From an uncultured Gammaproteobacteria bacterium (GTDB lineage Bacteria; Patescibacteriota; Microgenomatia; UBA12405), in assembly GCA_964497945.1 (NCBI GenBank), contig CAZCFJ010000001.1, positions 1 through 63,153 of the forward strand: DNA of 63,153 nt, read 5' to 3'. How positions within the stretch are numbered: position 1 is the first letter of the stretch; each line of letters starts with the position of its first letter. Both the position numbers and the translations under genes were made by a program. This document shows, piece after piece, positions 57,130 to 63,153 of this stretch. The notes below the pieces were generated by a model. It was not told the origin of the DNA, made no database searches, and saw nothing but the letters and a program-made list of their open reading frames with translations.

Positions 57130-58220
57130 ATAAAAAAATAAGAATTGCTATTGATATTTCTCCTACTATTGACGGTAATGCTATTAGAGGAGTAGGGTAT
57201 TACACCCAAAATTTAGTCGATGCTTTACAAAAAGAAATAAAAACCAACCCAGATTACAACAACTGGTCTATTAACCTTATCAAAAATAGCCAAGAGCTAA
57301 AAGCTAATAGCTACAAGCTAATACATTATCCTTACTTTGATCCATTCAAATTAACTCTACCTCAAACAAAAGATATTCCTACAGTTATCACTGTCCACGA
57401 TCTCATCCCTCGCCAGTTTAAATCCCATTTTCCGGTTGGTATTAAAGGTGAATTTAAATGGCTTTTCCAAAAAAACCGTCTTAAAAAAGTTTCATCTATT
57501 ATTACTGTCTCCGAATACTCCAAAAAAATTATTAACCAAATAATTAAATATCCACTTTCCAAAATAACCGCCATTTATGAGGCTGCTGATTTTAGTTTCA
57601 AACAAACAAAAGATAAATCAAAATTAAAAGAAATTAAAAATAAATATTCTCTACCAGAGAAATTTGTTTTATTTGTTGGTGATATTAATTGGAATAAAAA
57701 TATTCCTAATTTAGTTAGGGCTTGTCTTAAAAACAAATATCCTCTAGTCATTGTTGGTTCTGCTGCCACCAAAAAAGATGTTCCTGACCATCCTTGGACA
57801 CAGGATCTTCGTTGGCTCCAGTCTAAGGCTCTAAAGATCCAACGTTCTAACGCTCTAATATTCACCGGTTTTGTCCCAGACGAAGACTTACCTCTTATTT
57901 ACAATCTTGCCACTATTTACTGCCAACCGTCATTTGCAGAAGGTTTTGGCTTACCATTACTTCAAGCTATGCAGTCGGGCTGTCCTATTGCCTTTAGTCG
58001 CGATACCTGTTTGCCGGAAATTATGGATAGTTGTGGTGTTTCATTTAATCCCCGTTCTGTTTCTGATATTTCCTCTGCTCTCAAAAAACTTTGGCTTAAC
58101 TCTAGTCTTCGTCAGAAATATCAAAAATGCGGTCTCCAAAGATCAAAATTCTTTAAATGGGAAAAAACTGCCAAACAAACCCTAAGTGTCTACAAAAGTT
58201 TACTTGGCTATGAAAAATAA
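57126..58220 (+). CDS. GT4 (GT-B fold) glycosyltransferase
   Basis: Contains FVGDINWNKNIP and EGFGLPLLQAMQSGCP. Confidence 0.85.
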   Translation: MNKKIRIAIDISPTIDGNAIRGVGYYTQNLVDALQKEIKTNPDYNNWSINLIKNSQELKANSYKLIHYPYFDPFKLTLPQTKDIPTVITVHDLIPRQFKSHFPVGIKGEFKWLFQKNRLKKVSSIITVSEYSKKIINQIIKYPLSKITAIYEAADFSFKQTKDKSKLKEIKNKYSLPEKFVLFVGDINWNKNIPNLVRACLKNKYPLVIVGSAATKKDVPDHPWTQDLRWLQSKALKIQRSNALIFTGFVPDEDLPLIYNLATIYCQPSFAEGFGLPLLQAMQSGCPIAFSRDTCLPEIMDSCGVSFNPRSVSDISSALKKLWLNSSLRQKYQKCGLQRSKFFKWEKTAKQTLSVYKSLLGYEK

Positions 58221-59013
58221 CACCCACTTTCTTTCGATTATCGTTCCAATATACAAACAAGCCGACACTATTCAAAACGATCTAGAGAATATCATTCAAG
58301 TATTAGATCAAATCCGATATGAATATGAGATTATTGCCGTTATTGACGGTATAAAAGTTGACAAATCATATCAAAATGCCAAAAAAATTAAATCAAAAAA
58401 TCTTAAAGTCATTGGTTACCAACACAATCACGGTAAGGGTTATGCTGTCCGTTACGGCATGGCTCAAACAAAAGGTGATTACGTCGGTTTTATCGATGCT
58501 GGTATGGAAATTGATCCCAATGGTATCTCTATGATTCTAGAGCACATGGAATGGTATAACGCCGATGTTATTGTTGGATCAAAACGTCATCCCGCCTCAC
58601 AAGTAAATTATCCATTAGACAGGAAAATTATTAGTTTCGGTGGTCACCTAATCGCCAAATATTTACTTGGTATTAATGTTTATGATACTCAGGCCGGTCT
58701 TAAAATTTTCCGTCGTCAAGTTCTAATCAAAGTTCTTCCTCGACTTATTATTAGGACTTATGCCTTTGATTTGGAAATACTAGCTGTTGCTAACAACCTT
58801 GGTTTTACCAAAATTTACGAGGCTCCAATAAAGTTAAATTATAACTTTCAAAGTTTAACTCATGCCACGGGATTAAAAGTTATTCGTCAATGTCTTATTG
58901 ATGCTTTAGCAGTTTTTTATCGACTAAAAATACTCCATTATTACGATGATAAAAATAAAAGAAAATGGATTTACGATCCAGATCTTGAGATGAGAATTAA
59001 CACTGGTTTATGA
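58210..59013 (+). CDS. GT2 glycosyltransferase, polyprenyl-phosphate sugar synthase-like
   Basis: Contains LSIIVPIYKQ, HNHGKGYAVRYG, FIDAGMEIDP and DTQAGLKIF. Confidence 0.7.
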   Translation: MKNNTHFLSIIVPIYKQADTIQNDLENIIQVLDQIRYEYEIIAVIDGIKVDKSYQNAKKIKSKNLKVIGYQHNHGKGYAVRYGMAQTKGDYVGFIDAGMEIDPNGISMILEHMEWYNADVIVGSKRHPASQVNYPLDRKIISFGGHLIAKYLLGINVYDTQAGLKIFRRQVLIKVLPRLIIRTYAFDLEILAVANNLGFTKIYEAPIKLNYNFQSLTHATGLKVIRQCLIDALAVFYRLKILHYYDDKNKRKWIYDPDLEMRINTGL

Positions 59014-59990
59014 AAAAAATTTTATTTTCTATTATTATTCCTGTCAGACGAAGTAATCCCTACCTTAAAGAAACAATTAATCATCTCAAGAGCCAAACCA
59101 AAAAAAACTTTGAAACTATAATTATTACCGATAAAATCTCTGGTTCGGCTAATCCTTCAGAAAAAAGAAACCTAGGCGCCCAAAAAGCCAAAGGTAAATA
59201 TTTGGTTTTTTTTGATGACGATTCATATCCATCTTTAAATTATTTTAAAAATGCCGAAAAATTAGTCAAAAAATATACAAATTTTGCTGGTTTTTGCGGT
59301 CCATGTTTAACTCCAACCAAAGATGATACCTTCAAACAAGCATCAGGTTTAGTCTGGTCAAGTTGGTTTGGTAGTGGTGGAGCTGGTGTCTATCGCAACA
59401 GTAAACAATCACCCCGTTTTGTTGATGACTACCCCAGTGTCAATTTAATTATTAAAAAAACCGATTTTATTAAAGCCGGCCAATTTAATCAAAATTACTG
59501 GCCTGGAGAAGATACGGTTCTTTGTTTAAATCTCACCAAAAAATTAAATCTTAAAATATATTACCATCCATCGCTTACCGTTTATCACCACCGTCGTTCA
59601 GTTTTAATTCATCACCTTCAACAAATTACCCGATACGCTATTCAACGTGGTTTTTTTGCCAAAAAATTTCCCCAAACCAGTCTAAGAATCGGTTATATAA
59701 TGCCATCAATTTTTGTTTTTTATTTAATAATATTAATTATTAATTATTTAATTATTAATTATAAATTATTGTACCTTCCATTATATTTATATTTATCAAT
59801 ATTAACATTAACTTTTATAAAGTTTGTTTTGAAAACAAAAAAAATTTTTCTTTCTATTATTTCTACACTCACTATACCTATTACCCACATTTATTACGGT
59901 ATACTATTCCTACATGGCTTATCTAAAAAAGAGGTCAAATTCAAAGCCCACCAAATCAATCGCAAAAACGGACACTACATTGGCGGTTAA
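59010..59990 (+). CDS. GT2 glycosyltransferase with C-terminal transmembrane helices
   Basis: Contains FSIIIPVRRSN and FFDDDSYP. The C-terminal ~100 aa are hydrophobic (IFVFYLIILIINYLIINY...). Confidence 0.75.
   Translation: MKKILFSIIIPVRRSNPYLKETINHLKSQTKKNFETIIITDKISGSANPSEKRNLGAQKAKGKYLVFFDDDSYPSLNYFKNAEKLVKKYTNFAGFCGPCLTPTKDDTFKQASGLVWSSWFGSGGAGVYRNSKQSPRFVDDYPSVNLIIKKTDFIKAGQFNQNYWPGEDTVLCLNLTKKLNLKIYYHPSLTVYHHRRSVLIHHLQQITRYAIQRGFFAKKFPQTSLRIGYIMPSIFVFYLIILIINYLIINYKLLYLPLYLYLSILTLTFIKFVLKTKKIFLSIISTLTIPITHIYYGILFLHGLSKKEVKFKAHQINRKNGHYIGG
59733..59762 (+). repeat. Perfect 15-nt tandem duplication (ttaattattaattat x2) encoding LIINY-LIINY
   Basis: Read directly, inside the TM region of the 59010 gene. 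Confidence 0.9.
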
Positions 59991-61419
59991 AAGTATTGCC
60001 ATCTCTTATCCACCACTAAAATCTAACAAAGGAACAGCATTTTTGTCCCAAAACCGTCAGTTTCAATGGACAAATACAGGGAATGTTATTTATCCAGTTA
60101 TTCCGGCTTATGCTGCCACTTTACTTCAATCAAAAGGAATAAAAGTTTTTTGGGATGATGCTATTGCTCAAAAATTAACTTTTAATCAATGGTTTCAACG
60201 TCTTAAAATCAATAAACCCGACCTAATCGTTATTGAAACCAAAACCCCTGTTATTAAAAAACATTGGGAAATTATCAAAAAAATTCGTCAAAAAAGTTTG
60301 GAAATTGGTAATTGGAACTTGGTTATTGTCCTTATGGGTGATCATGTCACTGCTCTTCCACAAGAATCAATCAAAAAATGTCCGGTTGATTATGTTCTAG
60401 TTGGTGGCGACTACGATTTTTTACTTGATGAACTTATTACTCAGATCAATTCTAATAACCCTCCAAAAAATAAAATTTTCAAAACTCAAAAAAATCACGA
60501 CTTAAATAGTCTTCCAATTATTGATCGTCAACTAACTCAATGGCAACTTTATGCCTACAACAACACTAATTATAAATACAAACCAGGATCTTATGTTATG
60601 TCTGGCCGCGATTGCTGGTGGGGTAAATGTAATTTTTGTTCCTGGACAACGTTGTTCCCAGGAAAATGTTTTCGATCATTCAGTGTTGAACATACTATTT
60701 CCGAAATAGAAAATTTAATCAATAATTTTGGTGTTAAAGAAATTTTTGATGATTCGGGTACTCTTCCAATAGGCAAATGGCTTAACGATTTTTGTCATCA
60801 AATGATTGACAAAGGACTAAACCAAAAAGTCTCTTTTGGTTGTAATATGCGATTTGGTGCCCTAAATCAAAAAGAATATCTTCTTATGAAAAAAGCTGGT
60901 TTTCGTTTTATTTTGTATGGGCTAGAATCTGCCAATCAATCAACTTTAGATTTTATTAATAAAAACGAAAAAACTAGTGATGTTATTAATACCCTCAAAA
61001 TGGCCAAAAATGCCGGGCTAGAACCTCACATTACTGTCATCATTGGTTTTCCAAACGAAACTTTAAAAAATGCCCAAAATACCCTTAATTTAGCTAGAAA
61101 AATTTTTCAAGAAAATTTAGCTGATAGCCTTCAAGCCACCTTACTTATCCCTTATCCTGGCACACCTCTATATAAGTATTGTCAGCAAAATAAATTACTT
61201 TTAACCAAAGATTGGGATAAATATGATATGCGTCAACCAATTATTAAGTCATCAATTTCTCCCAAAAAACAAATTGAACTTGTTCAAAATTTATTCAAAG
61301 GTATATTAACTCCAAAATTTTTAGTCAAAAAAATTCTCTCTATTCATTCAATCGCCGATATAAAACATCTTAGTAATTACGCCCTAAAATACATTCAAAA
61401 ATTAAAAGACTTTTCATGA
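59914..61419 (+). CDS. B12-binding-domain radical SAM enzyme (class B-like). The start is uncertain: ATG 59914, or TTG 59980.
   Basis: N-terminal B12-binding-like region (VLMGDHVTALP..VDYVLVGGDYDF), the Cys cluster SGRDCWWGKCNFCSW, and a later GLESAN motif. Confidence 0.75.
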   Translation: MAYLKKRSNSKPTKSIAKTDTTLAVKSIAISYPPLKSNKGTAFLSQNRQFQWTNTGNVIYPVIPAYAATLLQSKGIKVFWDDAIAQKLTFNQWFQRLKINKPDLIVIETKTPVIKKHWEIIKKIRQKSLEIGNWNLVIVLMGDHVTALPQESIKKCPVDYVLVGGDYDFLLDELITQINSNNPPKNKIFKTQKNHDLNSLPIIDRQLTQWQLYAYNNTNYKYKPGSYVMSGRDCWWGKCNFCSWTTLFPGKCFRSFSVEHTISEIENLINNFGVKEIFDDSGTLPIGKWLNDFCHQMIDKGLNQKVSFGCNMRFGALNQKEYLLMKKAGFRFILYGLESANQSTLDFINKNEKTSDVINTLKMAKNAGLEPHITVIIGFPNETLKNAQNTLNLARKIFQENLADSLQATLLIPYPGTPLYKYCQQNKLLLTKDWDKYDMRQPIIKSSISPKKQIELVQNLFKGILTPKFLVKKILSIHSIADIKHLSNYALKYIQKLKDFS

Positions 61420-62432
61420 TTAAAGTTTCTTTTATTATTCCCACTCTCAATGCTCAAAAAGTTTTAGAAACCTGTCTCAAATCAATCACCCATCAAGAAT
61501 TCACCAAATCAGATTATGAAATTATTGTCATCGATGGTGGTTCTACTGATAATACTATTAAAATTGCCAAAAAATATAATTCCATTATTCTTCAAAATCC
61601 TCTTAAAACTGCCGAAGCAGGTAAAGCCATTGGTGTTAAACAAGCCCAGGGAAAATTCATTTGTCTTATTGATTCAGATAATATTTTACCTACATCAAAT
61701 TGGCTTCAAAAAATGCTTTTCCCTTTTAATCACGATCCAAAAATTGTTGGTACTGAACCAATCAAATTTACCTATAGACCCCATTCTGGATTAATTGAAA
61801 GATATTCTGCCCTAATTGGCGCCAACGATCCCTACGCCTTTATTACTGGTGTTTATGATAAACAAAATTACATCAATAACAAATGGACTGGCCTTAAAAT
61901 AGAACAAATCGATAAAAATAAATATATTTTAATAAAATTAAATTCGACTTCAGCCATACCTACTATTGGTGCTAATGGAACTATTTTTAAAGCCAATTTT
62001 TTAAAAGAAAATTTAACATCGGACTATTTGTTCGATATTGATATTATTTCTCAAGTTCTTCATCAAACTCAACAACCCATCTATTTTGCTAAGGTTAAAA
62101 CTGATATTATTCATACTTATTGCGAATCGTCGATCAAAAAATTTATCATTAAACAAAATCGTCGTCTTGTCGACTATTACACTTACAAATCATTTCGTCA
62201 TTATCAATGGCAAACACCAAATTTCCATTATCAAATAAAATTTATTCTTTATACTGTTACTATAATTCCATTAATATATCATTCTCTATTGGGTTTTTCC
62301 AAAAAAAACGATCCAGTTTGGTTTTTACATCCGTTCTTTGTTATCACTACGTTCTTTATTTACATCTTAGTTACTCTCAAACTCAAACTAGGTTTACTAA
62401 AACCAATCGATAGATCATCATGGAGACAATGA
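61416..62432 (+). CDS. GT2 glycosyltransferase with C-terminal transmembrane helices
   Basis: Contains VSFIIPTLNA, VIDGGSTDNT and LIDSDN, plus C-terminal hydrophobic segments. Confidence 0.75.
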   Translation: MIKVSFIIPTLNAQKVLETCLKSITHQEFTKSDYEIIVIDGGSTDNTIKIAKKYNSIILQNPLKTAEAGKAIGVKQAQGKFICLIDSDNILPTSNWLQKMLFPFNHDPKIVGTEPIKFTYRPHSGLIERYSALIGANDPYAFITGVYDKQNYINNKWTGLKIEQIDKNKYILIKLNSTSAIPTIGANGTIFKANFLKENLTSDYLFDIDIISQVLHQTQQPIYFAKVKTDIIHTYCESSIKKFIIKQNRRLVDYYTYKSFRHYQWQTPNFHYQIKFILYTVTIIPLIYHSLLGFSKKNDPVWFLHPFFVITTFFIYILVTLKLKLGLLKPIDRSSWRQ

Positions 62433-63056
62433 TTATTGTCTAATTGCAATACCGGTAATTTGATCTCCAATATCCTCAATAATGTAGCCTTTTTCTTTTA
62501 ACAAAGAAAAACATTTTTGCTTTTCACCGGGATTTAAATATGCATATTCAAAAAAAATTAATTCCGGCTTAATCTTTTCAAAATTAATCTGTTTAATTAC
62601 TTGATAATCATATCCCTCAACATCAATCGAAAAAACATCAACTTTTGTTACTTTATTTTTTATTAAAAGTTTTTCTAAAGTTGAACATTTAACCACACTT
62701 TTTACTACCTGACCCTCAGAAAAGTTCCAATTTTTCATATTATTCAACATAAGTTTTTTATCAAAAGACCCCAATTGGTCATAACCAGAACCAAGCTCCT
62801 TGGTTTTCTTTAAATGCCAAAAATCTTTTTTTCCATTACGTGTTGAAATAGCTTTTTTTTCCAAAATTATCCCAGGAATATTTTTATATACTTTTTTTAA
62901 TCTCTCAAAGACATAAGGAACTGGTTCAACCATAATTCCTCTCCATTTATATCTAAAAACAAATTCACCTAAAGGATCACCAGATAAACCGTCATTCGCC
63001 CCAATATTAACAAAATAAACTTTACCTTTCTTTCTCATATTAATATCCAACAACAA
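62433..63056 (-). CDS. FkbM-family SAM-dependent methyltransferase. The frame stays open to the window edge, so the true 5' end may lie beyond 63153.
   Basis: Contains FVNIGANDGLSGDPL, VEPVPYVFERL and FSIDVEGYDYQVIK. Candidate starts are ATG 63038 and TTG 63056. Confidence 0.75.
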   Translation of the reverse strand: MLLDINMRKKGKVYFVNIGANDGLSGDPLGEFVFRYKWRGIMVEPVPYVFERLKKVYKNIPGIILEKKAISTRNGKKDFWHLKKTKELGSGYDQLGSFDKKLMLNNMKNWNFSEGQVVKSVVKCSTLEKLLIKNKVTKVDVFSIDVEGYDYQVIKQINFEKIKPELIFFEYAYLNPGEKQKCFSLLKEKGYIIEDIGDQITGIAIRQ

Positions 63057-63153
63057 AGTTCTTATTCTATTTTGTGGTTTACAAAATTCAGGAAATTCCC
63101 AATATATTTTATATAAAAATTTTTTAAGATAAACCGAATTAGCTAATTTTTGT

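Noticed and set aside
59733-59762. 15-nt perfect tandem duplication (LIINY-LIINY) as a possible slippage or variable region
   Set aside because: It has only two copies, lies in-frame inside a low-complexity AT-rich TM segment, and shows no evidence of function. It is listed as a repeat feature only.
1-63153. tRNA, rRNA, CRISPR arrays, transposases, integrases and prophage genes
   Set aside because: All intergenic gaps are at most 143 nt, and none contains tRNA-like T-arm/anticodon architecture or regularly spaced repeats. No ORF shows DDE, tyrosine/serine recombinase or Cas motifs.

Overview
This is AT-rich, very compact bacterial DNA read with the standard genetic code: TGA closes many genes in ATGA start/stop overlaps, and RF2 is encoded. 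The gene content suggests a small-genome monoderm such as a Patescibacteria/CPR lineage, but that assignment is inference only. Supporting features are a sortase plus a PETG-anchored surface protein, an LCP ligase, FtsEX followed by a coiled-coil hydrolase, a short Rel, no Shine-Dalgarno sequences at the starts I inspected, and intergenic gaps of at most 143 nt. Positions 1-24.3 kb are housekeeping and envelope genes: an apparently frameshifted uvrC 3' part, two orphan proteins, rel, sortase, greA, lysS, an S51 peptidase, an HD hydrolase, a short PPase-like protein, serS, secA, a DHH phosphoesterase, HIT, typA, a secreted C39-like peptidase, a lipoprotein cyclophilin, a CPHC thioredoxin-fold protein, prfB, LCP, ftsE/ftsX plus a PcsB-like hydrolase, and a DUF11 surface protein. 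Positions 24.4-63.1 kb (about 60% of the window) form one envelope-glycosylation supercluster of 32 genes. It contains 15 large polytopic membrane proteins that look like GT-C glycosyltransferases, including a six-member PMT/ArnT-like paralog family (five in uninterrupted tandem) and a second four-member family. It also contains 13 GT-A/GT-B glycosyltransferases (three to five of polyprenyl-phosphate-sugar-synthase type), one Wzx-like flippase, a small anchored orphan protein, a B12-binding radical SAM enzyme and an FkbM methyltransferase. I could not recognise a priming phosphoglycosyltransferase, nucleotide-sugar genes, Wzy/Wzz or an ABC exporter. I found no rRNA, tRNA, CRISPR array, transposase or integrase. 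All family calls rest on motifs read by eye from the translations; no database search was run.
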